NCBI GenBank assembly: GCA_021323375.2
Contig: JAJPCT020000026.1
Span: 1-64,000 of the forward strand
Direction: 5' to 3'
Length of the DNA: 64,000 nt
DNA from: Candidatus Wolframiiraptor gerlachensis
GTDB lineage: Archaea; Thermoproteota; Nitrososphaeria_A; Caldarchaeales; Wolframiiraptoraceae
This document shows, piece after piece, positions 27,381 to 38,164 of this stretch. How positions within the stretch are numbered: position 1 is the first letter of the stretch; each line of letters opens with the position of its first letter. Position numbers and translations under genes: made by a program. The notes under the pieces were generated by a model. That model ran no database searches. It worked only from the letters and a program-made list of their open reading frames with translations, and was not told the origin of the DNA.

Positions 27381-28709
27381 TTGTCTTTAGCTCGTATGTC
27401 CCTGAGTTTAAGGCTTCTCCTGACCTTGGAGATGGCCTTCGCGGGGATATACCTAGCCCTGACCAGGAATCTCCTCGTAATTTATCTAGCCTCGATAGAA
27501 TTTGATGTGGGCGGCATCTCCCTTATAACATTAATCGCCACAGCCATCGCATCCCTCGTCTCGATAATTCTTTGGAGGTTCCCGAACCTCCTTACCCGAA
27601 GAGTTAAGCTGAAACTCCTGTTATTCCATGCACTTGAACGGGTCTTCTGGATACCAATAGTACTCGTAAGAGATCTGGTGAGCATAGCGATCTTTTACAC
27701 AGTGATAAGCTTCTCGTCAACAATCATAGTATCTTTAATGAATCTCCTAATTTACTTATCATTCGACGAGGCAGGAGTCAGAGATGTTACCGCGAAGAGA
27801 GCGATCGCCGGAAACCTGATGAGTATCATAGGATCTATGGCGGCGATAACGACGCTAGCAATGTTGCCAGAAGACCTGAAATTTGTCATAACGTTTGTCA
27901 TGGGTTCTCTGATAGGCCTTCTCGCCACACTCGTACTCTCTATCGCAGATATGAGGCATCTTGAGGGCGCTGAAGTGCCGAGGAAGGTTGAAAGGCCCGA
28001 ACAGATGTTCACAATATCATCGTTCCTGCTCGCGATGCTGACATCCAGCAACCTCCTCGGAATAGTGTGGACGCCCTATCTGATGGGGGTTCTAGGGGCG
28101 CCAGACTACCTTGCAGCCACCATGAATTTCATCTCGACGATCTTCGGCATTGTGGGATCATTTTTCTGGGCGAGGAGATCTCTCGGAAGCTTTAGACTTG
28201 CTATCGGCAGCTTAATACTGGTCCCAATCGCCGCCTTCATCACGCCAATACCCACAGCCCATCTTGGGGTAATGGCCTTCGGCTCGTTCATGTTCACTGG
28301 AGCAAGCTTTCTCGGAAATTTCCTATTTGCTAGGTACTTGAGGGAGTTCGGTGCGGTCAGGTCCAGCATAATGCTCTCCATGCTTGCGAACCTCTCCCAG
28401 CTCTTGGCAACACCATTCGGCATGATCTTCAGCCAGAGCTATATGCTCCTATTCACCTCAGTGATCTTAATTAGGCTGCTATCCGTGGCACTCGCATTCC
28501 TCACGGTACCGGAGGTCGCAACGGTGCCAGAGGAAGTCGCGAGAACATACTCTCAGCTCATCTACGCGAATAGCCTCATGGGATACTCGTACATCTTGGA
28601 GACGAGCAAGGAGGTGGTGGCTCTCACAGTCAGGCTCCTCGCCCTAGCCATGGTGCTGATCCTCCTCTACATACTCTACAAATTCATCTTCTTCCTAGCC
28701 GGGGTCTAG
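27381..28709 (+). CDS. MFS-like multi-pass membrane transporter
   Basis: About 12-13 hydrophobic segments with a central loop. Confidence 0.6.
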   Translation: MSLARMSLSLRLLLTLEMAFAGIYLALTRNLLVIYLASIEFDVGGISLITLIATAIASLVSIILWRFPNLLTRRVKLKLLLFHALERVFWIPIVLVRDLVSIAIFYTVISFSSTIIVSLMNLLIYLSFDEAGVRDVTAKRAIAGNLMSIIGSMAAITTLAMLPEDLKFVITFVMGSLIGLLATLVLSIADMRHLEGAEVPRKVERPEQMFTISSFLLAMLTSSNLLGIVWTPYLMGVLGAPDYLAATMNFISTIFGIVGSFFWARRSLGSFRLAIGSLILVPIAAFITPIPTAHLGVMAFGSFMFTGASFLGNFLFARYLREFGAVRSSIMLSMLANLSQLLATPFGMIFSQSYMLLFTSVILIRLLSVALAFLTVPEVATVPEEVARTYSQLIYANSLMGYSYILETSKEVVALTVRLLALAMVLILLYILYKFIFFLAGV

Positions 28710-28749
28710 GGGTAAGCTAAAAAGCAGCCGAGTCTCCCTAATCCATCGC

Positions 28750-29412
28750 ATGAATGGTTTAGGCGAGGAAGCCCTCAGGGAGTTCGCATCCAAGCTCTTA
28801 TTGGATTTCATCACGCTCATCCCGAAGCTCATCCTCGGGACAATCGTGGTGATAATCGCCTTTCTAGTGCTCAAGTTCATAGGCGGGGCTATCAAGAAGC
28901 TTCTTTCAATCGTGGATCTCGATGGATTCGTGGAGAGGAGCCTCGGCGTGAAGCTCCCAATATCCTTTAACTCCATCATCCTCTGGATCTTCTATGCTGG
29001 AGTTCTCTTGGCATCGCTCTACGGTCTAATTCACATATTCTTGGGGCCGGAGTACCTGAGCCTAGCCAACTCGGCGCTAATCTACGGCGCTAGGGTGATA
29101 AGCGTCATAGTCCTAGCGCTCATCCTCTTCACGGCATTCTCAGCACTGATAGAGAAGATAAGGATCGAGAGCAGATTGAAGGGATTCCTGCTCTTCATTG
29201 CGATGCTCCTCATAACAACGATGCTGATAGATGTAACCGCCTTAAGTGAGCCGGTCAAGGAGGCCCTATACATGGGCCTAGCCATTGGGATAGGATTATC
29301 CCTTGTGACTTTCTCGATCTGGTTCTTCTTCGGCGAATACTTGGAGAGATTGGTCGAGAGGCCGAGTAGGAGGAGACAGTCGGAGAGCCCCGAGCGGCAG
29401 AACACCAGCTAA
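28750..29412 (+). CDS. Conserved TM-helix (CmpX-like) membrane protein
   Basis: IPKLILG..V, K..G..IKKLL..VDLD; GLAIGIG near the C-terminus. Confidence 0.55.
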   Translation: MNGLGEEALREFASKLLLDFITLIPKLILGTIVVIIAFLVLKFIGGAIKKLLSIVDLDGFVERSLGVKLPISFNSIILWIFYAGVLLASLYGLIHIFLGPEYLSLANSALIYGARVISVIVLALILFTAFSALIEKIRIESRLKGFLLFIAMLLITTMLIDVTALSEPVKEALYMGLAIGIGLSLVTFSIWFFFGEYLERLVERPSRRRQSESPERQNTS

Positions 29413-29481
29413 TCCTCCCGAAAATTGGGCTCCATGCGGCTTAGGAAAGAGGCTGGATAAGACTCAAAAGCTAGTCGTTAT

Positions 29482-30522
29482 ATGTCGTTGCTGGGGGATA
29501 GCGTGCCTCGTCGAAGCGGCCGAGGGTCTGAGGGTGGCTCGGAGATGCAGGCTGAGAAAAAGATCTATCTCCGTATAGAGGATCTGCCCTCGGTCGGCGC
29601 GGCCACGGCCCAGAAGCTTAGGGAGATAGGCTTCTCGACGATAGAGTCGCTGGCGACGGCGACGATCGCCGAGCTGGCGGCTGCCGGGATTGGTGAGAAG
29701 AGGGCTGCTGAGATAATAGCGGCTGCTAGGGAGGCAATAGAGATAAGCTGGGTGACGGCAAAGCAGCTGGCCGAGCTTAAGAAGGGTGTTGGGCGGATAA
29801 CGACCGGCAGCAAGGCCCTCGACAACCTGATCGGCGGAGGAGTTGAAACACAGTCGATAACGGAGTTCTTTGGGGAGTTTGGGAGCGGTAAATCCCAGCT
29901 ATGTCACCAGCTAGCTGTTAACGTCCAGCTTCCGCCTGAGAGGGGTGGCTTGAACGGCGCGGCCCTCTACATAGACACCGAGAACACCTTCAGGATCGAG
30001 CGTATAGCCCAGATGGCGAGACACGTGGGGCTCGATCCGGATGAGGCCTGCGAGCGGATAATCTACGCGGAGGCCTACAATAGCGATCACCAGATTCTAC
30101 TGCTCGAGAAGGCTGATAGGGTGATCAAGGAGAATAATGTCAGGCTGATAATAATAGACTCGCTCACAGCGCATTTCAGGAGCGAGTATGTTGGGAGGCA
30201 GAGCCTGCCGGAGAGGCAGCAAAAGCTTAACAAGCATATGCATAAGCTTCTCAGGCTTGCTAGGGCCTTTAACGCCGCAGCGGTTGTTACGAACCAGGTG
30301 ATGGCCAGGCCTGATGAGTTCTTCAGCGCCATGGCCGTGCTCCCGGTGGGAGGTCACATTGTCGGCCACACGAGCCACACGAGAATATATCTGAGAAAAG
30401 CGGCTGGGAAGAATGTTAGGATAGCGAGGCTCGTGGCGAGCCCATATCTCCCGGAGGGCGAGGCGCTCTTCAGGATAACGGAGAACGGGATAGAGGACTT
30501 GGAGGGGGAGGCTGCTGAATGA
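29482..30522 (+). CDS. radA: DNA repair and recombination protein RadA (true start probably 29503-29545)
   Basis: HhH N-domain, [33 protein letters not shown]; no intein. Confidence 0.97.
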   Translation: MSLLGDSVPRRSGRGSEGGSEMQAEKKIYLRIEDLPSVGAATAQKLREIGFSTIESLATATIAELAAAGIGEKRAAEIIAAAREAIEISWVTAKQLAELKKGVGRITTGSKALDNLIGGGVETQSITEFFGEFGSGKSQLCHQLAVNVQLPPERGGLNGAALYIDTENTFRIERIAQMARHVGLDPDEACERIIYAEAYNSDHQILLLEKADRVIKENNVRLIIIDSLTAHFRSEYVGRQSLPERQQKLNKHMHKLLRLARAFNAAAVVTNQVMARPDEFFSAMAVLPVGGHIVGHTSHTRIYLRKAAGKNVRIARLVASPYLPEGEALFRITENGIEDLEGEAAE

Positions 30523-30932
30523 GCCAGCAGGCTGGTAGAGCCGTGAAAAACTTCTTCACACTACTCTTCTCGGGCAAGATAAGCAAGGCCGAGGAGTCCC
30601 TTAGCAGGCTGGAGAAAAAGCTCGGCAATAATGGCTACTACAAGGCTCTTTACGGGATATACTACGCCTATATCACCGATGACCGGGACTCCTTCATATT
30701 CCAGCTCTGGAAAAGATACCTCGGCGGCGAGGATAAGGCCAACCTCAAGAAGATATTCACAGATCTACTCAAGGAGGCTTATGATCCACCCAAAGACTTC
30801 ATACAGGCTTGGATCGACCTAATAGATATGATAGATTCGCTTCCAGTACCGCATAAGCTTTCTAAAGAGCAGGCAGCATTAGAAAGCGTGGAGGAGGGCG
30901 AGGTAGAGGCGGAGGCCGAGCAGGAATCCTAG
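30519..30932 (+). CDS. Hypothetical protein coupled to radA
   Basis: ATGA overlap with the radA stop; GYYKAL.GI motif. Confidence 0.65.
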   Translation: MSQQAGRAVKNFFTLLFSGKISKAEESLSRLEKKLGNNGYYKALYGIYYAYITDDRDSFIFQLWKRYLGGEDKANLKKIFTDLLKEAYDPPKDFIQAWIDLIDMIDSLPVPHKLSKEQAALESVEEGEVEAEAEQES

Positions 30933-30941
30933 AAGGAAGCC

Positions 30942-32951
30942 CTACTCCAGCCCGAATTGCTTAATGATTCTATCGGCGATGGCCTCAGGGGTGAAGCCGA
31001 AGTCCTTTATCAAGTCTTTATAGGGCGCTGACTTCCCAAACCTCTCTATGCTTATCACGAGGCCATCCTCCCCGACATACTTGTACCAGCAGAGCCCCAC
31101 TCCAGCCTCTATCGCGACTCTTCGCTTAATGTGTCTTGGAATGACGCTTCTCTTATAATCCTCATCTTGGAGTTCGAAGACCTCGAATGATGCCATGTTG
31201 ACAACCCTTACCCTGAGTCCCCGGCTCTCAAGTATCTTCTTTGCATCGAGGGCTACGTGCACCTCGGAGCCCGAGGCTATGATGAGGAGATCGGGCTCGC
31301 CATCCCTTGCATCCGCCAAGACATATGCTCCCCTCCTTATGCTCTCGGCCGGCGGGTATATGCTCCTATCAAGGGTTGGGACCTTCTGCCTAGTGAGAAT
31401 TATGGCGGTGGGGCCATCTTTCCGGCTTATCGCCATATCCCACGCGACCGCAACTTCATTCGCATCACATGGTCTAATGACCCACATGTTTGGTATGAGC
31501 CTGAGGGATGAAAGCTGCTCCACGGGCTGATGCGTGGGCCCATCCTCCCCAACCCAGACAGAGTCATGAGTAAATACGTAGATAACCTGTAGCCTAGCCA
31601 TCGCCGCGAGCCTGATCGGCGGTCTCATATAATCCGAGAAGACGAGGAATGTTCCACCGTATGGCAAGATCCCGCCATGATACGCCATGCCATTCATTAT
31701 GGCCCCCATCGCATGCTCCCTGACGCCATAGTGTATGAACCTGCCAAGAGGATTATCGGCCTGAAAGCTACCATAATCATGGAGATATGTGCCAGTTGAC
31801 TCCGCGAGATCCGCGGACCCCCCGATCATCAGGGGCAGATACTTCGCAATCGCGTTGATCACCTTATTATTCGCCTGCCGGGTGGCGAGCTCCTCATCCT
31901 TACTAAAGGTGGGTAGATGCTTCCTATACTCGGTGCCCCAATCCCTGTTAAACGCCCTTATTAGGAGGTCGGCGAGCTCCGGATAATTCTCGCGATACTT
32001 CTCGAAGAGCTTCCTCCACTCAGCCTCCCTCCGCTCACCCTCCTCGATCTTCCTCCTCCTATATTCCCAAACCTCCTCGGGTACATAGAATTCCTCCAGC
32101 GGCCATCCAGCCCTCTTCTTAACCTCCATCACGACCTCCTTTCCGAGTGGAGCACCATGCGCCCTGCAATCATCCTGCATAGGAGTCCCATAGGCTAGAT
32201 GCGTCCTCACGGCTATGAATGAGGGCCTAGACGTCTCCTCCCTCGCCCTTCTCAAGGCCTTCTCAAGCGCGTCAAGATCATACCCATCCTCAATACTCTG
32301 GACATGCCAGCCAAATGCCTCAAACCTCTCCACAACATTCTCGGACCATGCAAGCGACGTCGGCCCATCTATCGAGACCCTGTTATTATCCCATATGACG
32401 ATTAGCTTATTGAGCTTTAAGTGGCCGGCGAGAGCACCTACCTCGCTTGACACTCCCTCCATAAGATCGCCATCACTACATACCACGTAGGTGTAATGGT
32501 CAATTATATTGAAACCCTTTCTATTGAAGTAGCTTGAGAGATATTTCTCAGCGATCGCCATTCCAACTGAGTTCCCGAGACCCTGACCAAGAGGCCCCGT
32601 AGTGGTCTCGACGCCCGGCGTCAGCCAGCTCTCCGGATGACCCGGCGTTATGCTATCAAGCTGCCTAAACCTCTTAAGATCATCAAGCGTTATATCATAC
32701 CCGTTAACGAAGAGTGTCGCATATAGCATAGCGCTAGCATGTCCCGCGGAGAGGACAAACCTGTCCCTATCAATCCACTTCGGGTTCTTGGGATTGAACT
32801 TCAGAAACCTGCTGAAGATTAGATGCGCTATATGTGCTGCTCCTAGGGGCATTCCGGGATGACCAGATTTTGCGCGTTCAATCTGATCAAGGCTGAGAAA
32901 CCTGATGGTATTTATGATAACCTCGTCAAGGGATCTTTCACTCATCTTCAC
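30942..32951 (-). CDS. tkt: Transketolase, full-length (bacterial-type, unsplit)
   Basis: SGHPG.PLG, DRDRFVLSAGH, TGPLGQG, SDGDLMEG, THDS..VGEDGPTHQP. Confidence 0.96.
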   Translation of the reverse strand: MKMSERSLDEVIINTIRFLSLDQIERAKSGHPGMPLGAAHIAHLIFSRFLKFNPKNPKWIDRDRFVLSAGHASAMLYATLFVNGYDITLDDLKRFRQLDSITPGHPESWLTPGVETTTGPLGQGLGNSVGMAIAEKYLSSYFNRKGFNIIDHYTYVVCSDGDLMEGVSSEVGALAGHLKLNKLIVIWDNNRVSIDGPTSLAWSENVVERFEAFGWHVQSIEDGYDLDALEKALRRAREETSRPSFIAVRTHLAYGTPMQDDCRAHGAPLGKEVVMEVKKRAGWPLEEFYVPEEVWEYRRRKIEEGERREAEWRKLFEKYRENYPELADLLIRAFNRDWGTEYRKHLPTFSKDEELATRQANNKVINAIAKYLPLMIGGSADLAESTGTYLHDYGSFQADNPLGRFIHYGVREHAMGAIMNGMAYHGGILPYGGTFLVFSDYMRPPIRLAAMARLQVIYVFTHDSVWVGEDGPTHQPVEQLSSLRLIPNMWVIRPCDANEVAVAWDMAISRKDGPTAIILTRQKVPTLDRSIYPPAESIRRGAYVLADARDGEPDLLIIASGSEVHVALDAKKILESRGLRVRVVNMASFEVFELQDEDYKRSVIPRHIKRRVAIEAGVGLCWYKYVGEDGLVISIERFGKSAPYKDLIKDFGFTPEAIADRIIKQFGLE

Positions 32952-33001
32952 GTGACGATGAGAGTCTTCCTATTAAATTTAAGCCCAGTTATTGATGCTG
33001 A

Positions 33002-33301
33002 TCAAAGTATGTTGAAGACGATTATCAGGCTGATGATCCACATAGCCCCGTAGGCGGTTGCCCCGCTCAAGTATAGTCTCCTCCCGAGCATCATCCTCTG
33101 CTCTTGGGGCAATATTATCCTAAGTATTATCGCTGAAAGTATGTAGACGGCGATGGCGAGCGTTATCCCGAGGAATATGGTCGGCTCATACAACCTCAGG
33201 AGAGCTGTTAATGAGCCCATCATCACACCGCCAATGAACCTAGCCCAGTAAAGCTTGTCCTCGAGCTTCAAGACCGTGTCACCTTGAATCCGGAAAGCCA
33301 A
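33002..33301 (-). CDS. Small three-TM membrane protein (possibly EMC6-like)
   Basis: K.YW.R...G...G first helix, G..AY...W..S..IVFN last helix. Confidence 0.5.
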   Translation of the reverse strand: MAFRIQGDTVLKLEDKLYWARFIGGVMMGSLTALLRLYEPTIFLGITLAIAVYILSAIILRIILPQEQRMMLGRRLYLSGATAYGAMWIISLIIVFNIL

Positions 33302-33369
33302 GATCTCTTAATATTTGCGGGCAACACTTGTTAATAAAAGGATTCGTCTAGAATGATGGGGCTGGAGAG

Positions 33370-35322
33370 TTGGTGAGAGGATTGGAGCCTGCATCATATT
33401 TTGAGCTCAGGAGGGCTCTTAGGGAGATCTCGGGCCTAATAGTTGGAGCTAGGATTCTCAAGCTCTATCACATGGATGATGGATCGATTATTCTCAAGCT
33501 TAGGTCTGAGAGTTTTTCTGGGGAACTTAGGATAGTGCCGGGCCTATTCTTCTACTTTGTTCATGGTGGCTATGAGAAGCCCATTGAGCTTTCGCAGGTT
33601 GGTAAGATGATGAGGAGCCTGATTGAGGGCATGAGGATAAGTGGAGCTAGCTTGGTCGAGGGTGAGAGAATTCTGATAATGGAGCTGGAGGGCAGGCAGA
33701 GGCTCAATATGATCTGCGAGTTCCTCCCAAAGGGGACTATCGTGGTCTCGGATGAGGCTGGCAGGATACTTGCATGCCTTCAGAGGCTGGAGATGCGGGA
33801 TAGGCGGATAGCTCCCGGGGAGCGGTATATTCTCCCACCACTCAAGCCGGCGCCCTCGCTCGAGACCTTGAAAGAGGTTTTGGAGAGGCGGCATGCGCCA
33901 GAGAAGAAGATCGTATCCATCCTCGCCTCGGAGGCCGGGCTTGGTGGAAGATATGCCGAGGAGATATTACAGCTCGCTGGGATCAGTCGCTCGAGAAAGA
34001 TTAGCGAGCTTAGCGCGGAGGAGGTCTCTAGGATATTGGAGGTAGCACGAGAGGTCTTCGCGATGATTGATAATGGCCAGCCAGTTGTAGCCTTCTCCCC
34101 CGATGGCGTGGTCCAGCCGCTACCATACCCCATGAAGATCTATGAGTCTAGAGGCTGGAGATTTGAAAGGGTTGAAAGCCTGAATGACGCCTTCAGGATC
34201 GCATATGAGCATTACCTGGCCAGCATGCTCGAGCAGGAAAAGAGGAGGGTTTTGGAGGAGAAGCTTAGGGATCTCGAGAAGAGGATTGGGGAGAGGCGAG
34301 CTAAAGCTGATGAGCTCTCGGCTCGGGCAATAGGGTTAAGGAGGATTGCTGAGAAGCTCTTTCAAGCATCGGGCCAAATCGAATCCCTAAAGCATGTGCC
34401 GGGGAAACATGATATTGATGGGATGAGGATAAGCGTTGATGAAAGGAGCAGGAAGATGCTTGTCTCCGATGATGGCGTCGAGGTCGAACTGAGTCCAGAT
34501 GAGCCGATTATGAGGCAGGTCTCACGGATATTCGATGAGGCCAAGAAGGTGATGAGCGCGGCGGAGAAGCTGAGGGCGGAGGCCGATGAGCTTGAGAAGC
34601 GCGTTGAAAAGCTTAGGGAGTTAATGAGGAAGTCTGCTGAGGAGCTGCTGCTTAGGGTGTCTGCGAGGATTAAGCCTAGCAGGGCCAAGTGGTATGAGAG
34701 GTATAGGTGGTTCATCACGTCCGAGGGCTTCCTTGCAGTGGCTGGTAAGGATGCATCAAGCAACATAGCCCTCCTGAAGAAGCACTTGGAGCCCGATGAC
34801 CTGGTTTTTCACGCGGAGGTTAGGGGGGCCGCGGCGGTCATCCTGAAGAATGGAAGATCATCCAGCGAGCAGTCGAGGATAGAGGCAGCGCAGTTCGCCG
34901 CGGTCTATAGCAGGGCATGGAAAGAGGGTTTGAGAACGATGACGGTCTATTATGTCGAGCCGGACCAGATATCCTTTGAGCCGCCGTCGGGCCATTACCT
35001 CCCGAGAGGAGGCTTCATCATAAAGGGCGAGAGACATTATATTCAAACAAGGCTTGAGCTGGCAATAGGGATCACGGAGGATCTCGAGCTAGTATATGGC
35101 CCGCCAACAGCCGTGGCCGAGAGAGCCAAATCATATGTGAAGCTCGAGCCGGGGAGTAAACATGCAGACGAGCTCGCGGACATGATCCTCAAAAAACTCC
35201 TCCCAGGCGTCGAGCTGGACTTAAAAACAATAAGGGATCTAAAGGAGCAGATAAAGGAGATAATACCATATGGAAGAGGAAATCTAGTTGAGGCCGTCGA
35301 AGAGCTGGGAATTAAGAAATGA
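33370..35322 (+). CDS. rqcH: Ribosome quality-control protein Rqc2/NEMF (NFACT family)
   Basis: NFACT-N, HhH (GLGGRYAEE), coiled coil, KWYERYRWF, GKDA..N, FHAE..GA, YLPRGGF.I.G. Confidence 0.9.
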   Translation: MVRGLEPASYFELRRALREISGLIVGARILKLYHMDDGSIILKLRSESFSGELRIVPGLFFYFVHGGYEKPIELSQVGKMMRSLIEGMRISGASLVEGERILIMELEGRQRLNMICEFLPKGTIVVSDEAGRILACLQRLEMRDRRIAPGERYILPPLKPAPSLETLKEVLERRHAPEKKIVSILASEAGLGGRYAEEILQLAGISRSRKISELSAEEVSRILEVAREVFAMIDNGQPVVAFSPDGVVQPLPYPMKIYESRGWRFERVESLNDAFRIAYEHYLASMLEQEKRRVLEEKLRDLEKRIGERRAKADELSARAIGLRRIAEKLFQASGQIESLKHVPGKHDIDGMRISVDERSRKMLVSDDGVEVELSPDEPIMRQVSRIFDEAKKVMSAAEKLRAEADELEKRVEKLRELMRKSAEELLLRVSARIKPSRAKWYERYRWFITSEGFLAVAGKDASSNIALLKKHLEPDDLVFHAEVRGAAAVILKNGRSSSEQSRIEAAQFAAVYSRAWKEGLRTMTVYYVEPDQISFEPPSGHYLPRGGFIIKGERHYIQTRLELAIGITEDLELVYGPPTAVAERAKSYVKLEPGSKHADELADMILKKLLPGVELDLKTIRDLKEQIKEIIPYGRGNLVEAVEELGIKK

Positions 35323-35344
35323 TGTTCACAGAGCGCATGAAGTC

Positions 35345-35965
35345 TCAGGGATGGGCTAGAGCTTCCTCAAGCTCCCTCAATTTATCTTCTGTGACAAATA
35401 CCGGCAGTTCTCCTAGGTAGATTAGGTCATCTCGATACCATGGCCCCTCTACCCATATTGCCGCCTTGCATATCGGTCTTCCCCCAGCTCTCTTAACAAG
35501 CTTTTCCAGCGCGTTTATTGTTCCACCCGTTGAGACGACATCATCGAGTATACAGACCCTCTTGCCAGAGACCTCCTTGACATCTTCCTTGGTTAACACC
35601 ATTATCTGCCTCTCCCTCGTGGTTATAGACTTAACCTCCTCAATGAGATAATCCATCATGTATGCTTTGATGCTTTTCCTAGCCACGACAAGCCTCTTAT
35701 GGGCTAGCGATTTCGCGACCTCATATGCGAAGGCTATGGCCTTAGCCTCCGGGGTAACTATGATGTCGGGCCCCAACGGCTTTAGCCTCTCCGCAATAGC
35801 CCTCGCCGCCGCCGAGATGAACTCTATATCGCCGAAAATTATCCCACCGTTAGAGGCTATCCATAAGCCCTCATCAACCTGAACTAGGGGCAGATGCCTG
35901 ACGACGCCAGCCACACAAACCCTATGAGATTCCTGGCCCCTGTATAGCTCAACGCGCTCAAGCAT
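35345..35965 (-). CDS. Purine (adenine-type) phosphoribosyltransferase family protein
   Basis: PEAKAI, ARKS.K.YM, PRPP motif ILDDVVSTGGT. Confidence 0.88.
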   Translation of the reverse strand: MLERVELYRGQESHRVCVAGVVRHLPLVQVDEGLWIASNGGIIFGDIEFISAAARAIAERLKPLGPDIIVTPEAKAIAFAYEVAKSLAHKRLVVARKSIKAYMMDYLIEEVKSITTRERQIMVLTKEDVKEVSGKRVCILDDVVSTGGTINALEKLVKRAGGRPICKAAIWVEGPWYRDDLIYLGELPVFVTEDKLRELEEALAHP

Positions 35966-35966
35966 C

Positions 35967-36689
35967 TTAGATCACCGCAAACAAGTAATGGAGAATTGCT
36001 AGGGTCAAGGCCGATATGAAGCCCACAATTACGACGAGGTCCAAGATCTTGAGTTCTCGACCCAGCGACCTCTTTCTATTGAGCGAAAATGCTCTGAGCT
36101 CCATCGCTAGGGTAAGCCTCTCCGCATTCTCAATACTTCTGACGAATAGGGGGATCAAAACAGGAACATAGTTCTTAATTCTCCTAAATAGCGAGCCCTT
36201 GTCCAGCTCGAGCCCTCTTGATGACTGTGCCTCCTTGATGGCTTTATAGTCCTCAGCTATGGTGTGTAGGTGCCTCATCGTAAGGCCCAGCACGAAGACC
36301 GCCTTATATGGAAGCCTGAAGGAGTTCAGTGCATTAACAAGATCCCTCATACCAATTGTCGCGATAAATCCCAGTGAGGTCAATAATATCAGAAACAGCC
36401 TCAGGCTCATGAATACGCCGAGCTGTAGGTTGATGCCGCTCTCATGGCGCTGGAATAGAGACCATTCATGCATGAATGACCATAATAGAAACGCGATTAT
36501 GAGGAGGGGGGTCATGCCCTTTAAGCCCCTCATTATGAAACCTCGTCTATCGCTGAGGAGCAGCGCAGCCATAATAGCCGCTGCTAAGGCGGCGATCACG
36601 AGAAGATCCTTGCTTATAAAGGCCAGTGCAATAACCGAGGAAAAGGCGATAATCTTTGTTCTCGGATCGAGATCGAGGTCGACCATCAC
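35967..36689 (-). CDS. ecfT: ECF transporter T component
   Basis: LDPRTK, AQ.SRG, PLFVRSI..AE....AMELR. Confidence 0.9.
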   Translation of the reverse strand: MMVDLDLDPRTKIIAFSSVIALAFISKDLLVIAALAAAIMAALLLSDRRGFIMRGLKGMTPLLIIAFLLWSFMHEWSLFQRHESGINLQLGVFMSLRLFLILLTSLGFIATIGMRDLVNALNSFRLPYKAVFVLGLTMRHLHTIAEDYKAIKEAQSSRGLELDKGSLFRRIKNYVPVLIPLFVRSIENAERLTLAMELRAFSLNRKRSLGRELKILDLVVIVGFISALTLAILHYLFAVI

Positions 36690-38164
36690 GTCACCACCTC
36701 CGCGAGCTCTAAGAGCTCAGCCGGAGGTTCCAGCCCTAGCTCCTCGACAATAAGCCGATTTAAGAGGATCTCCCGAGGGGATCCATCAGCCGCTATGGTG
36801 CCATCTTTCATCACTATTACTCTGTCGCTTACACTTAACGCGAAGTCGCTATCATGTGTTACCACGATTATTGTTTTGCCCATAGACTTTAGGCGGTTTA
36901 TCATTGATGAGATTATCGCCAGCGTTCTTTCATCCTGTCCCGTTGTGGGCTCATCGAGTATCAGGATCTCAGGATCCATCGCGAGAGCTCCCGCTATTGA
37001 TAGCCTAATCTTCTCGCCCATGCTGAGGAGATATGGTGGATCATCCTTGCGATCAATAAGGCCGAGATCCCTAAGCGCGTCCTCCGCATATTTCTCGCTT
37101 AAGCCTAGGTTCCTCGCCCCGAATACAACCTCATCCCAAACAGTCTCGCATGTTATATGCTTGTCCGGATCCTGAAAAACCATGCCCACAGACCTCGATA
37201 GCTGCGCGGTGCTATACCTCCTAGTATCTTTGCCTAGAATGATAACCCTCCCCTTAACCGGCTTGAGCAGACCATTAATATGCTTGACCAGAGTTGTTTT
37301 ACCGGAGCCATTTGGCCCCATTAAAGCCACACACTGGCCCCTGAAAATCTCCAAATCAATTTCTCTCAGCGTGTAATTCTTCTCCTTAGAGTATCTGAAC
37401 CAAACATTCTCAAACGTTATTACGGGATCGCTTCCATAGGAGGGTGATGGGGATGGAACATTCTCGCGTAGTTCCACTTCAGGCTTTATCGGCATGCTTT
37501 CTCCACTTAGGGATATTATCCTGTCAATGGAGTTTTCCAGCCCCTTGAGCCTTCTAGTCATCACGATTAGGCCCTTGCCATCCATCTTCAACATGTTAAT
37601 CGTTTTAGCGAGCTCCATGATTCCTCCCCAGTCTAGATTAGCAGTCGGTTCATCCATTACCAAGTATTTCGGGGCCGTGATTATCGCGGATGCTATTGCA
37701 AGCCTCTGCTTGAGTCCGCCTGATAGCTCATGGACATAATATGTCCTATAATTCATTAGGCTGAACTTCTCCAGCGCCCACCTAACTTTCGCCTCTATCT
37801 CGCGATCATCTAGACCGAGGTTTTCTAGACTGAAGGCCAAGTCCTCCTCCACCGTGAGGCCGAAGATCTGCATCTCATAGTTTTGCATAACGATGTTTAT
37901 CAGCCTCACGTTCTCTTGAATCTTTGATGCGAGTACATTCTTATCATCAACTATGACTCTTCCCTCAACCTCAGCTTTTATCCTGTTTGGTATTATGCCG
38001 ACTAGGCAGTATGCCAGCGTCGTTTTGCCTGAACCGCTTGGGCCAACGATCGCGACGGCCTCTCTGGGCTTTACCTCAAAGCTTAAGTTCCTGAAGATCC
38101 AGTCCTTATCATATCTGCATCCGAGATTCTCAACTCTAAGCCCGTCTTTGCCTATAGCCTCCAT
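36686..38164 (-). CDS. ECF transporter duplicated ATPase
   Basis: Two ABC cassettes: GPSGSGKT/LSGG/DEPT and GPNGSGKT/LSMG/DEPT. Confidence 0.92.
   Translation of the reverse strand: MEAIGKDGLRVENLGCRYDKDWIFRNLSFEVKPREAVAIVGPSGSGKTTLAYCLVGIIPNRIKAEVEGRVIVDDKNVLASKIQENVRLINIVMQNYEMQIFGLTVEEDLAFSLENLGLDDREIEAKVRWALEKFSLMNYRTYYVHELSGGLKQRLAIASAIITAPKYLVMDEPTANLDWGGIMELAKTINMLKMDGKGLIVMTRRLKGLENSIDRIISLSGESMPIKPEVELRENVPSPSPSYGSDPVITFENVWFRYSKEKNYTLREIDLEIFRGQCVALMGPNGSGKTTLVKHINGLLKPVKGRVIILGKDTRRYSTAQLSRSVGMVFQDPDKHITCETVWDEVVFGARNLGLSEKYAEDALRDLGLIDRKDDPPYLLSMGEKIRLSIAGALAMDPEILILDEPTTGQDERTLAIISSMINRLKSMGKTIIVVTHDSDFALSVSDRVIVMKDGTIAADGSPREILLNRLIVEELGLEPPAELLELAEVVT

Noticed and set aside
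32953-33001. GTGACGA...CTGA as a box C/D sRNA
   Set aside because: The interior is AT-rich promoter sequence of tkt with no D'/C' boxes or evident rRNA complement
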